Assembly: GCA_002189035.1 (NCBI GenBank) | Contig: CM007989.1 | Span: 4,526,001 to 4,590,000 of the forward strand | Length of the DNA: 64,000 nucleotides | Reading direction: 5' to 3' | Source of the DNA: Utricularia gibba | Lineage: Eukaryota > Plantae > Magnoliophyta | Shown here: piece by piece, positions 35,557-48,426 of the stretch | Layout: every line of letters starts with the position of its first letter | Numbering within the stretch: position 1 is the first letter of the stretch | The notes under the pieces: model-generated | Seen by the model: only the letters and a program-made list of their open reading frames with translations | Databases searched by the model: none | Told to the model about the DNA's origin: nothing | Made by a program: the position numbers and the translations under genes

Positions 35557-38500
35557 TCCACATTATAGTGTTCTACCTTGTAGCTCTTCAACGTTAGTTC
35601 AATAGGGCACACCGCTTCTGATCCGAAAACTAATAAGGAGATTCTTCCATAGTGGTTCGAGGGTGGTACGGTATGACCATAACACCTCATCCAACTGATC
35701 TGCCCATGATCCTTCAAAATCCTCAAGTTTGGTTTTCATACCCTTCCTGAGCGTTCAATTTGTTACCTCTGTGAGACCATTGCTCTGAGGATGGTATACC
35801 GAAGTGAAGTTGTGCTTGACTGAATATTTATTCAGGAATACATCCATTCTCCCTCCAGCAAATTGGGTCCCATTATCGGTCACTAGTTCTCGAGGTATCC
35901 CGAATCAGATGAAGATGTTTCTCCACAGAAATCGGATAACCATCTCCTCTAATATTCTAGCCATGACTTTGACTTCTACCCATTTGGAGAAATATTCAAC
36001 TCCTATGATGACAAATTTCTTCTAACCTGAGGTTTGGGGGAATGGTCCCATAATATCCACCCCCCATCGGTCAAATGGACACAAGAGTGGAAGAATGGTC
36101 AGGTTGTTTACTGGTTTTCTCGGTATGTTTGCATGGTATTGGCATACTTTGCACTTCCTCACCATTTCAATAATATCTTGCCTCATAGTCTACCAATAAT
36201 ATCCGCTTCTCAAAACCTTCCGGCATAAGGATCGTATCCCAACGTGGCTGCCACACTCTTCTTCATGCAAATCAGTTATAAGCTCTTGAGAGTGCTCTTT
36301 CCCGATACACTTCAATAGGGGTCCGTCCAGGGATCTTCGATAAAGAGTCCCATTCACCAATGTATATCTCTTCGTCCTAGTCTCCAACCGTCGGGCTTCC
36401 GATTTTTCGGGTGGTGTTTCTCCTCTTTGTAGGTACCGGATATAGGGCAATGTCCAATCCTCGAGAAGATTCAACTGCGAAGAAATGTCGTTCCCTGGTT
36501 GTTGAGTAATATGGTTCACTGCCCCCAAGGTTATTGAAGGTAGATCTCGCAACTAGATTGTCAGACTCCCCTCTTGTAATTCCGGAAATTCTGTGGCAAA
36601 CCTGGTGAGACTATCCGCGGATCCGTTTTCCTCACGTGCAACATGGGACAAGGTGAACTCCTTGAAGATCTTTGCTAACTCTTTTACCTTGACACAATAC
36701 AGAGCCATGAGGGGGTCATGGGTTTCATACTCGCCCGAAAACTATCCTTGCACAAGGCGTGAATCGGTATAGGTGTCGAGTTCCGTGACTCCAAGCTCTC
36801 AGGCAACTTTCATTCCTTCCACCAAGGCTTCATATTCGGCCACATTGTTGGAGGCGGTGAACAAGAATTTCACTGTGATATAAATGGGTTCCCCGTCCAG
36901 AGTTCGGATGTCTATTCCACCTCCAGCCCCATTGTATGTTGAACCGTCAACATACATGCCCCATCGGTCGTTAGTCTCCATGAAACGGTCAATAGGCCGG
37001 GTCATCTTGACCACAAAATAGGCAAGAGGTTGGGCCTTGATTGCTGTTCTCATATTAAATTCAATATCCATCGTACGCAATTCGACTGCCCACTTGGCAA
37101 CCCTTCCGGAAATCTCAGGTCGAGATAGGATATTCTTCAGAGGCTGATTAGTGAATACCACGATGTGCCGATCCTGGAAATATGATCGCAGCTTGGTGGC
37201 TGCCATTTTCAGAGCCAAGATGAATTTCTCTGTTACTGTGTATCGAGTTTCGGCCGGCAGCAAGACCTTGCTCACGTAATACACCGACAAGTGCTTATCT
37301 CCCGAGATGGTTGTCAAGACTGCGCTTACCGCAATAGGCGATATTGATAGATAAAGTCCTAGGGGCTCCCCTTCCTTCGGGGCCACTAGAAGCGGGGGCG
37401 ATGAGAGATATTCTTTGAATTTCTCAAAGGCGATCTAACAATCTTCGTTCCATTCCAAAGCATTTCCCTTTCACAAGGTCTTGAAGAAAGACGCCGACTT
37501 ATCGGTTGACCGAGATATGAAGCAACTGAGGAGAGCCAATTTACCCGTGAGGCTCTGATATTCCTTGATTGTCCTCGGGGTTGCATTTCTTATATTGCCT
37601 TAATCTTCTCGGGGTCAGCTTCGATTCCTCTTTCTAATACATAGTGTCCGAGGAACTTTCCGCTCTGCACCCCAAAGCAACATTTCAATGGATTGAGTTT
37701 TAATCCGTATGACCGACATAGAAAAGTAGGAATCCAAATATGTCAAATGATCCTCTTCATTTATTGACTTAACGATCATATCATCCACATACACCTCCAT
37801 AGAAGTTCCGATTTCAGAAGAAAAGATTTTGTTCACTAATCTCTGATAAGTTGCCCCAACATTCTTCAAACCGAAGGGCATCGCCACGTAGCAGTAAACC
37901 CCATCCTTGGTGTAGAAGGTGGTTTTCGGTTGGTCCTTCTAGGCAACTGAGATTTGATGACATCCCGAATAGGCATCCATGGTGCTCAAGAATCGAGATC
38001 CGGCAATGGCATCCACCAATTTGTCAATCTTTGGCAAGGGGTAAGGGTCCCTTTCACAGCAAGCATTGAGGATGATGAAGTCAATACACATTCTCCATTT
38101 TCCCTCGGGCTTAGGGACGATGACTGGGTTGGCTACCCACTCGGAGTATCGGATCTCCTTCACGTCACCAGCTTCCAGGAGCTCCCTCATTTTCTCTTTG
38201 ATAATTCGGCACTTTTCCTCGGAGAAATGCCGTTGTTTCTGCCGAATCGGCTTTGCCCTCGGATACGTGTCAATGTGATGCTCAGCAACAGATCGATCAA
38301 TACCTACAAAGTCTGCAACAGTCCAGGCAAAAATATTGGCATTCTTTCTCAGAAGTTCCCCTAACCTTTTCTCAAACTCGGTGTTTAAGTTGATGCCAAT
38401 GCAGGTTGTCTTCTGTGCATTTTCTGGTGTTGGCTGAAGCGATTTATACCCCACCGGTTCCATTGCCTGCTTGGGAGGTTCCCGAGGTTCCTTTCCCACC

Positions 38501-41267
38501 ATCATTATTTTCGGTCTCTTCGCACAGGGGTCCCAGCAAGAAGACACATAACAGGATCGGGCGGCTGGTTGGTCGATATCCAGCGTGCAGATGCCCCTTG
38601 GTGTTGGAAATTTAACTTTCAAATGCACAGTAGAGGGCAACATACCGAGTTGGTTGATGCCGGGTCGGCCGAGGATAATGTTATATGAGACATCCGAATC
38701 CAGAATAAAAAATTCCAATCTTTCGGTCCGGCTTTTTCCCGCCGCACCGAACATCACGGGCAAAGTGAGCTTCCCAATTGTCTGTACGGCCCGCTGATCA
38801 AATGTGTATAACTTCATGCGGATGGGGCAGATTTCTCCCTCTTTAGACGATGCCAGTAGCTCGGCAACCTCTTTTTTCATAGTGTTGCAGGAAGATCCAT
38901 GATCAACGAGAATCCTTCTAACCTTGGTGCTTCCGCATATCCCTGTTATCACCAAAGGTTCATTTCATGTGATAGGGCCGACCGAAACATCTTTTTCAGA
39001 AAAGTTGATCTCTTCTTTCTTCCAAGTGAGTTTCTCCATCTGACATTTCTCGATTTTGAAGACTTCTGCTCTCCTAGCCTCGTCCAAGTACCTCTTCCAA
39101 TCTTTCCTGGATTCATCGATTTCAGTCCCCCCTGGATACCATATGAATTTCTCGGACATAGGGGGACTACCTTGTGTCTGGCGGGCGCTTCTTGAACTCT
39201 CCAGTATATGCTACCCTCCCTCAGGGTTTAGTTGTTTGTTGGCACGCGGGCTTTCCCTTGTTGGTTTTGGGGGGAATTTCGGATATCAATAACCATCATT
39301 CCTTTGATGCTCACTACGTCCCCTTTTTCGTTCCTCCAATGGCGTAGGATGCCGTACTGCGTTTTTTGCCCCACCACCAACGTGATATTGTTCAACCATC
39401 CTTCTCATTATCTGGCAGTCAACCGTATTGTGCCCTATTGTTTTGTGTATCTCACAATAGGTGTCCGCTCTGGTCGATTCCACCTGATACACTTCACGGC
39501 CAGGGAGTCCGGTTGAGTGGCACCTCTTGCTGCGAAACCGGACGGATCTCTACACGATTTTTCATTTCGGCCCTGAGGTCGTCGTCAACTCAGATGTACT
39601 TCATGATTTCCCGTAATAATTCTCCGAGATTCTTCGGTGGGGACTTAGATAGACTCTGTCCCAATTTCGACGTTCCTAGGGCCCGCTTCATTATTTCTAC
39701 CCTCTCCTTCAAGTCCAGCTGAACATCCTGCACCAGGCAGTTGAATCAGTTGATGAATCTCCTCAAGCTCTCTTTCCTGTGGTCATACCAAATGGAATAC
39801 AGTGCTGCCTTTGATGGTGGGGCTTCGATGTTGACAGCATATCGAGTAGTGAAGAGCAACACCAACTCCCGATAAGATCCCACGCTACATGGTTCTAACT
39901 GCTTGACCCAAATCTTGGCTCCCTTCTGGAGCGAGCAAGCTAACACCTTACATTTCATGGCTTTCGAATGCCGAACCGTGGCCATCCTCATGTCGAAATC
40001 AGTCACATGAGATATGGGGTCTCCTTTTCCATCCTACGTGGGTAGTCCATCGGGGACTCTGAATCCCCTTTCTGGCTCTTCTTGGATTAGCTCATCCGAG
40101 AAAGGATCAAAGCGTAGTGCTGGGATTCCCGCTGCTCCTTCAACACTACTCTTTAAAGCTAGGTCAATATCGGCCAGAACGTCCCCTCTTCCAGTGCAGA
40201 CATTCTGATCGAAGGCGTCCATGAAGCCCCTACTCTCTCTTCCTCTTGGCAATGACTGTATGCCGATAAGTCTTCGTCTCTCCCGAATCTAGTTTAGCTC
40301 TCTCTTCAGCTCTTCCCTTTTCTCCAAGATTTCATTAGTCACGTTTTCCCTATTCGTCTCGGGCTCATAGATGACTTGATTGCACCTCTTTCTTCACAGT
40401 ATCTGCTCCTCGGTTTCGGATTCGGTTTCCATATCCGAGGGGTATTGCGGAATCAAGGGTTGTTTTTCCGCTCGTGGTGCAGTTTCAGGTGTCCCCTCCT
40501 GGGCATTGGAATTTAAACCCAAAGGTGCCCTAAAGTCGAAAAGAATTTCCATTAGAAGGGCCTTCAGCTGTTCCCTACTGATAATCATTAGACTAGGGTC
40601 TTGTATGCCGACGCTTCCTTCATGGACCGGGTTGGTGGCTGTGCTATTTTCCGTCATGATCGATGTTTAGTGAGCGGCTTCTATGGATTTCTTGAGTGGG
40701 ACAATAGATCTGCCCCACGGTGGGCACCAAAATGTTAAGGGTGAAAATCGGTCTTTGAGATGGGGCCGATTTTTTGGGTTATAGGTGCAGCCGGAAATGC
40801 CGCATCTCGTTATGCTTTTAGCAATCTGTTCGATTTGATCAACATAAAATAAGAATAGGTAGAGATTTTTACGTGGAAACCGCCAAAGGACGGGAAAACC
40901 ACGGAGCTATCGGAGCTCGCCGGAGAAAATCTTTATCAGACGGGGATCGTGAAGAAAGGTACAAGTTGGGAGGTTTTTTGGGTCCAACCCTTTCTCCATT
41001 ATGATTTCTTTTATTTATAGAAGAGGCCGATCTGACCGAATCATGAGTTCTACTAGTGCCGGCTATCTTTTTGTACTTGCACTATGATCTTACTTTTCAG
41101 ACGATCTCCGCCTGTTCTGCCATGACTCGACCACTTTTCAAACTATGTCATACCGCCGCTATCAAATCTCTGACACATATCGATCTGTCGGTAGGAGTTG
41201 TCTCATCAGGACTCCTTTTGGTAGCCTTTCAGAAGCCGATTATCCTTGCCCGAGTTGTACCCCATCA
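35557..41267 (-). mobile_element. Ty3/Gypsy Tat-clade element, 3'-truncated: 5' LTR 41267-40733, PBS ~40729-40712, gag, protease, RT, RH, archaeal-type RH, integrase
   Basis: LTR TGATGGGG...TTAACA; PBS ttggtgcccaccgtggggc (tRNA-Lys type); RILVDHGSS, WRMCIDF, MDAYSGCHQI, YVDDMIV; aRH YVDGS..ASNNVAEYEAL; integrase HEEECGSH; frameshifts and stops. Confidence 0.92.
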
Positions 41268-41598
41268 AAGATTAATTGAAGAATGTACTTTTAAATTTCC
41301 AAAAACGCTGATTTTCTCATCCCGTTGCCTATCTTTAGTGTAGAAACCATTTTTTAAATTTTTATTAATTTCTTTAGAGTAGAACCCCTCTTCCAACTGA
41401 AACCCTTTGTGTAATCCCGCTTACGCATAAGACTTACAATTAAAAACTGTTTGCTTCCTATGGATCAACTTGACCTTGCGACTATTGCATTATTTTCTTT
41501 GTGAATGTACCATAGAATGCTTGTTCATATTTAGAAATATCTTTTGATGGAAAAAAAACATTTAAGCATGCGATACTTTTAGAATTTTCCATCCATCA
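41268..41598 (+). mobile_element. 3' end fragment of another Athila-type LTR
   Basis: Ends ..ttttccatccatca abutting Copia gag; contains a ggatcaacttgacctt..act U5-like block similar in style to families A and B. Confidence 0.5.
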
Positions 41599-42683
41599 AT
41601 AGTGTCCAAGTCATTAGCTTCCTATATGACATGGTCGCATAATTATGTCATCCAATGGCCATAAGTTATTCTCAAACATGCATGAATCTTCTATCTTTTC
41701 TCCTAATTTCTTCAATTGGTAACCTCTTGTATCCTAATGATGTAGTCAATCACTAACTCATCATTTCTTTGTTATAGTGATTCATCTAAGAGTCTCAATT
41801 TCTAACTTTTTCAACTCCTTGGAAAGTTGTAGAAAGATTGTCCCATACCTGTTTTGATGTTGTTGCCGCAAGAATCTTCTCAAAGAACTTTTCATCAAGT
41901 GCTTGATTGATCAAGGATAAAGCGTTTTGCTCCTTTTAGAAGGTCGGAGCATCAGTATCTTCTTCAACACCATCATTCACCACAAACTTCATGTGCACCC
42001 AATAATGATGCCATGTAAAGCTTCTAGTTGTCAGAATTGTCTTTCGTTAGAACAAGAACAGGAAGGATGTTGATGTGCGACATATTCGTCTTGAATCTTA
42101 GCATTCTGATACCACTTGATGAAACTAATATACAAAATCAGACAAAATTTGGTGAAGAAGATTATTTCATTCCACCGCATAATTCCTATTTCTATTATAT
42201 ACTCTTATATAAATGCAGTTATTTTCTACAAACTTTCAAAGATTGCTTCTTTATCGTCATCCCTTTGTCAACATCATCACTGATTCACCATCTTTCACTC
42301 ATCACATGAAGCTTTATTTGAGTATGCTTTGTTCTTCTAACAAATATAAGATTACTTCCCATCACAATAGTAGATTTTTTATTTAGGAAAATAGTCATTG
42401 TATGGTCAATTTCAAGGCCCACGTCCTTGAATACCTTATGGATCTATATCATGTGATTATAAATTTAGAAGTAGCTACAACGGCCATGTATTCCAAGCGG
42501 CTTTCGAAGCTCAAATTTGGTGTACATTTGATGCTTGTTTGATGTCACATTTCCGAAGCCAACTCAGATCCATAGGGAATAAACCAACATGGAAATTAGA
42601 TCTCTCGTTCAAAAGTTCAACCGCTTCCACAAAGCGCTTTTGGAATTGGTTCCCCTTGGAGCATCTCGGATCACTTTTGCCCT

Positions 42684-44610
42684 TTAAAGACGCTTGGCTC
42701 TCCAATCGATCTTGAAATGCCGATCGTCTTCACTGTCACTAGAGGATTCATTGTAGGTGGGTTTCTTTGCAGTGGCGGTGACCTTAGTATCCTTCGGAGT
42801 AGCAGCAGATTTGGCAGCTCGAAGCTCGAGTTTCTTGCTTCTTAACAATTCCAATCTTTCCTTACATGCTCTGAAAGATTGAAGTGTGGCGGAACAGTAA
42901 GTGCAATGAGCTCAAGAACCAAACTACCAGAGCCGCATAGAGATGATGATATACCTTTGTTCCACCGTTTCCTCCTCTTCGATTAACTCAGCAGCATCGA
43001 TCTGAGACACATGCATGCATGCAGACATGTTGCAATGAGCGTTTTTTTTAATGCAGTTCAACAATAATAGAAAGATGAGGGAGCTGTAGCTTAACATACC
43101 TCTTCTTCCTCCAAACGATTATCAATCTCTTGTAAGTCCCCTTTGATTAACTTTTCATACTCCTTGTACTCATCTCTTGAAAACATTTAAGCAAAGACAT
43201 GTTAAAATCATTATGGTATGGGCAAATGAAAAACCCTAAGCTATAAACTCCATATAAAAATACAGCAAGTGTAACATAGGATAGATAACAGGCCCTACAA
43301 GAATGCAATTCCTTGCGCGAATATGGCATATGCATCTCACTGATGTAGCCATGTATGGCCTTCAAAAAAGAGGAAACCCATACTCCTATTTGTGCAATAA
43401 TCTTAGATGCATAGATACATGTATGCCAACAATGAAAATCAGGATGAAAACTTACTTCACATCCAGTTTCACAGGTACAATGCCACGCGCACGCAAATCA
43501 GCATCTTTGTTGTCGAAGAATCCCTCAGGAAGAGCACCTTTGACTTGTTTGCTCGCTTCTAAACCGACAGCAGTTCCTGAGATCTGATTGCGTAATTCAG
43601 TGCTTTCCTGCATCCCAGAGGCATCAGGCCTGTCAAACTGGGCCTTCTCTGAATCCTTGCCATGTGGGGCAGACTCGTCACTAATGCAAGAGGTCTCTTC
43701 TGCCAAAGAACATTTTTTTTGGTTAGTCAAACAAACTGGCAGAAAACGACCAAATGAAGTGCGTAACTAAGTAAAATCCATAATACAGATACCACTTCGT
43801 AAAAATATCTCCATCTAGAAATAATTGAAGGTTATCACAGATTCTCACCAGTTTTTGGCCTCTTTGTCCCCTGAATGTCAAAAAAATCAGGAGGTAAGGC
43901 AGAAGATCCATTCACACGCAGTGTTTTCTCTTCCAAATTCCTGCGCTGCTCGGGTTTAGAGTTCTGAAAATCTTTCTTGAGTTCAGGTTTTGGAGCACTG
44001 GTTGGATTAACGACAGAGGCATTGGCTTTCAGCTGATCAATGGCCTGAACATAATATTATGAATAGTTTGAACACTTATGCATGGATAAACTAATGGTAG
44101 CTTTCCTTGGGAAAAGGTTTGTCTGAGGTTTACCTCATGGTGTTTTCGAGAAGCCAGATGTGCAGGCCAAAGTGCCTCAGATTTTATAATAACATCACAA
44201 ACTCTACAAACGGGCTGATCAATATCGTTGTACCTGCAGAATTGAATGACGCAGCTTAGCTCCTTGGCTAACAATTGAGCACCAACAATGTTTCTGATCA
44301 GTAAAACGATTTCGAGAGCTCCAAGAATATAAGAACGAGTAAATTCTTCGAACAGACGGTATACAAACACAATATCAAGAGCCATCTTCAAAAATGTGAA
44401 ACCAACACCACCCTTTCACTGAGGAAATCACGCTAAGACACATCATAAACTAGATAACAATTACAGTTTCCGTGATATCCAACACACCAGATCCTACATC
44501 TACAAACCAAACCAGTACCTGACAAGAGGTGAATCAATCCGCTGTTTTCCCTGCTTCTGAGCGTTCAATTTAGCCCTGAACAGGGCTTTGCTTTTTGCCC
44601 TAGCATCCAT
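42684..44610 (-). CDS. ARS1: ABA AND ROS SENSITIVE 1 / ZNF830 (CCDC16)-like zinc-finger protein; exons 44610-44519, 44233-44134, 44044-43849, 43699-43456, 43175-43100, 43001-42955, 42870-42684
   Basis: MDARAKSKALFRAKL..RIDSPLVRYNDIDQPVCRVCDVIIKSEALWPAHLASRKHHE (C2H2), ALPPDFFD, GALPEGFFDNKDADLRARG, C-terminal DWRAKRL*. All six introns are GT-AG with consistent phase. Confidence 0.93.
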
Positions 44611-44794
44611 TTTATAAAAATGCTTTTCCCAATCACTTCAACTCCCAATTTTCACTCAGAGTATTTTTTCCGAAGAAAAGCTTCACCCTCGCGGCAGAAT
44701 TGAGAAGCAAACTATCAACAAAATGGATGGCGGGTACAATTGACCCCCACAATCGCGCATATTCAACCACAATCGACGACGTCGTTTCCATTGA

Positions 44795-44860
44795 TGGGCC
44801 ATAAATTGGGCCCAAACCTAATTACAAAACCTGGGCTTTCAATCTGAATTTCAGCCCATT
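44795..44860. promoter_or_regulatory. Site II (TGGGCY) cluster upstream of the ARS1-like gene
   Basis: tgggcc 44795, tgggccca 44807, tgggct ~44833, agccca ~44853, all 190-250 bp upstream of the ATG. This motif is typical of plant housekeeping promoters. Confidence 0.6.
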
Positions 44861-45389
44861 AAGCTGCGTCGTGACAGATATTTGGATCCCAGATTTTTAT
44901 GTAAGAAGAAGACCTTGATAGCAACTTGGATTCTACGGAGTGCTCTCAAGGTAACCGGGGCGTTCGGTCATCGTCCTTCACTTTCTAGGACCACTGGACA
45001 CTTTATGGTGGATGCTTGGTGCTCATTGATGGCATGCATTGTTTTTCTCATGGCTGCGGGGGACCGGTTTGAACGGTCATTTTATAGGCCTGGCACACTT
45101 TTGGAAATGTTATTACAAACACACATTTGATGCATAGGATCAAATTTGGTAACCGACAACAATGTCAACACATGGTCCAAGTCCATCCAAAATTGGAAGT
45201 CGGGAGACTGACCTTTTTTTATCCGCAATCAATTTATATTTTAGAATTAATGGAAATATCGATGATATTTATGCAATTTATGATGTGATTTTAATTACAA
45301 ATTATTTGAATATTAGAATAACAATACATGATCACTTCCCCATAATAGATATTTTTTTAAAAAAATATTGAAATACATGGAATTCAACT

Positions 45390-45719
45390 TCAGACCGCAC
45401 CGACTCCAACCGTCCCACCTTCACTTGGCGACGGCTCCGGCGGGCCGCGATCTGCGACGGTCCCGGCCACCACGACCCTCGGCGGTACCATCCGTTGGCT
45501 GTCGACCACATCTTGTCTAGAGGCGCCACAGGCAGGCAGGCGCCCTTCCCAGAAACCAGCAACCTTGTTCACCTTCATCTTCTTCTTTTTGTTTCCCTGG
45601 TCCCTTCTGTCCAGCGATTCAATGTTGCATGAGGCGGCCTCCATGTACCACTCCAGCATCCGCATGATGCTGTCCGACTCGTAGCGATCGAGCAGAGAAC
45701 TAACCTTGGAAGTAGCCAT
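45390..45719 (-). CDS. Small uncharacterised plant protein, single exon (alternative start 45797)
   Basis: GC-rich open frame MATSKVSSLLDRYESDSIMRMLEWYMEAAS..KKKKMKVNKVAGFWEGRLPACGASRQDVVD. The SSLLD.YE and KKKK..GFW....CG..DVV blocks resemble a family of unnamed plant proteins (recalled, not searched). A TATA-like tttataat lies ~100 bp upstream. Confidence 0.6.
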   Translation of the reverse strand: MATSKVSSLLDRYESDSIMRMLEWYMEAASCNIESLDRRDQGNKKKKMKVNKVAGFWEGRLPACGASRQDVVDSQRMVPPRVVVAGTVADRGPPEPSPSEGGTVGVGAV

Positions 45720-47349
45720 AGCGGGCGACTCGACGAGGCTTCCCAGAGTGTGTATCAAGCTTCTGAAACTGTGCTTCAACGGCGTGTTGATCTCCATGGA
45801 GGAGGAGGAGGTGGGAGGGATTATAAAGGGGGGATTCCGGAACCCCAAACGCCAAGTGAAACTTTTCTTCGTTGCCTTTTCAAAATATTCGGTGTGTTGA
45901 ATTGATAGTGGCTTGTGCGTTGACGTAGGAGAACCTGTCTTTGCCATTGCCTGCTGCCTAATCAACTTCGCTGGGTTGCTTTACCTTCAATCTATGTGCG
46001 TTGCTTGTATTTGGAAAACCCACGAGCTTATACCAACAACTTGCATCCATGGCAAGGAAATGGAAGCCCTCTCGTGTTTTAAAACATGTATTAGAATATA
46101 CTAATCCCACGTATTAAATAACTCACTTGAATACTGGTTTATAATAGCACATGATGTATAATTACTAATTCAGATTCCAGATGTATCAAGGACTCTTGTG
46201 AAGGCTTCCTCTCTGTGTTTTTGGTATTGAAATTGCTCAATTGATGAGAAGTATGATTGATTGTAATGTAAAACACAAGTTATACAAATGTTGCAAAGGT
46301 ACTAGTGAAACTAGTTTAAAATCAAATTGGTTCTATTTCGAAACATATGACTAGCTATAGCTATTTACAAACAAAATATATGAATGAACAAAAAGTATTA
46401 AAATATAAATTTTATTGAATGGAAAATGATATTTTGTGGTAATATCAATTTGTAGGTAGGTAGGTTAAGTCCTATGATTTAAAAAAGAAAAATCATAATG
46501 TGGTCCAACGTGGCATTTGTTTGTTGGTTCCTATCCGATATCTACAAACAAATATCCTCGGATATATTTGGATTGGACTTCGAAACTCTCATTTATGAGC
46601 TGAAATGTCCCGTCTTGTTGAGTTTGAAAGAGGCTCAATAAAGTTTTCCACGGCCAATAGTTTCAAAATATGGGGGGATGTAGGCCCATGGGCTAATCCA
46701 TCAAATATGTATATGGGGATGCCGTACGGCGGTTATGGTGATTGCAAGTTTGCCTTGAAACCCGGGAATTTTTTTAAGAATTGGTGGGAAGTGGGATTTT
46801 GAAATTAGCATTTTTATTCTTTTGCCCATGAAAGTAACTTCATATCTATTACAAATAAAAGATTATATAAAATTAAATAAAATAATCATACAAATTTTAT
46901 ATAAGCATTTTCTCAAATAACGTAAAGATTACTTATTTAAAATTTGTAAAGTTTTATAAATTTTACATAAAGCATTAAAGATGTTTGATTTGAAATAATT
47001 TAATGATTGGTATCCTTCTGAAAAATAAATCAAAGATTATAACATCATAAAACCATAAAAGTTATATATGAAAAATTTATAATATCATACAAAATAAGTT
47101 TAATTCATTGCATATAATAGTTCTTTATATTAATACATGAGAATGCAAGAGCTTTAGTGTTTCAAATCAATTTAACTCTAAAACTTTGAGCATATGTTGT
47201 TTTAATAGCTATATATTTTATAAATAGGATTTCACTTCAATTAGTTGATTTTATTATTCAAATAATATATTAATTAATATTCAACTATCTTCCTCTCACT
47301 TCATTTATTATATAATTCAACTAAATAAAACTCTCAAGAAAAATATCAC

Positions 47350-47930
47350 TTGCCATCTTCTACTCACCTTCCTCAATACCAAATGCAATTACCATGCCGA
47401 TTTATAGTTTATCAACAATTCTACGACTCTCATCCTTATATTGAGGAAAGTAATGTCAGATTCACAACATTTTTTCACATTCAAAAACCTTCTTTCTATA
47501 AAGAGATAATTTAGTACAAGTACTTGAAACCATTAAAAAATAATTTAATGTTATTACTCACAATTGACCTTGAACAATAACTTCTCTTCATAAGGGGCAC
47601 TTTTATTCTTAGGGGTCACATTACAATTGGAAACTTATAAATCTTTAAGACAAAATTGAAGTCTAATGATACTATTGAGTATTACAAAACATGTCTTTTT
47701 ATTATAAGCAAATCAAAGGATTTGATTATGAAAACACTTTTAGTTTTATAATAAAAACAATTATAGTTCACTTGTTTTTCTCATTAGATGTTATGCAAGG
47801 ATGCAATCTCAAACAACATGACATTAATAGTGCATTTGTAAACAATGAGTTTAAAGAGGATTCATACATGTACGTTTGGAAAAGACTTAAGATTACAGAT
47901 TATACTAGCAATCTTCAAAAAATAATTTAG
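47350..47930 (+). mobile_element. Ty1/Copia RT fragment, degenerate
   Basis: GFDYENTFSFIIK..IVHLFFSL..QGCNLKQHDINSAFVN, matching GIDY.ETFSPV.K..QLDV.NAFL.G. Confidence 0.75.
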
Positions 47931-48426
47931 GTTGTAGTCTACATGACTTACTTTTTTACTCATGATTTAAAATACAAGTTTACATCCACACTTACAAGAA
48001 AACTCAGGCAAACGGGTTGAGGGTACAGGCAGCATGATCGACATAGCATCTGTGTGATATCTGAGTGCCGGGGATTATGAAACTATTTTACATACTACTC
48101 CAACTTCTAGTTTATTTTTAACTTCTACTTCTAATTTTATTTATCAATTACTTATTATATTCTACACAACAATTAACTTATTTGTTGACTTATTTCATAA
48201 GTTACCAAAATACTACTTATTTCTACAAGCATTGATTTATTGAAAAATTTTCCAAATCCTACCCTCTTCAGAGAGTCCCACTGCTCAATCTGGTCTAGGC
48301 ATGAATGATGCTCTTTTCTCTTGTTTTCCTCCTACTTTTTATAGTGATGGGTATGCTCTTTCTCGTTCTTTATGCTCAATCTTTTTAAAAAATTCTTTTT
48401 TCATGAAATATGAATTGAGGAGTACG

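Larger units (their letters stand above)
32760..42299 (-). mobile_element. Old Ty1/Copia element with both LTRs (3' LTR ~32760-33039, 5' LTR ~42033-42299); centre replaced by nested Gypsy DNA
   Basis: The two LTRs align (aatatacaaaa..agaca.aatttg.tgaagaa.attatttcatt; atcgtcatccctttg.caa.atcatc). RNase H SKHISTRFHYIRECV..IFTKPL at 33042-33242, RT relic to ~34500, gag UBN2 (ALSLINQALDEKFFEKILAATTSKQVWD) at ~41850-41940. Confidence 0.8.
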
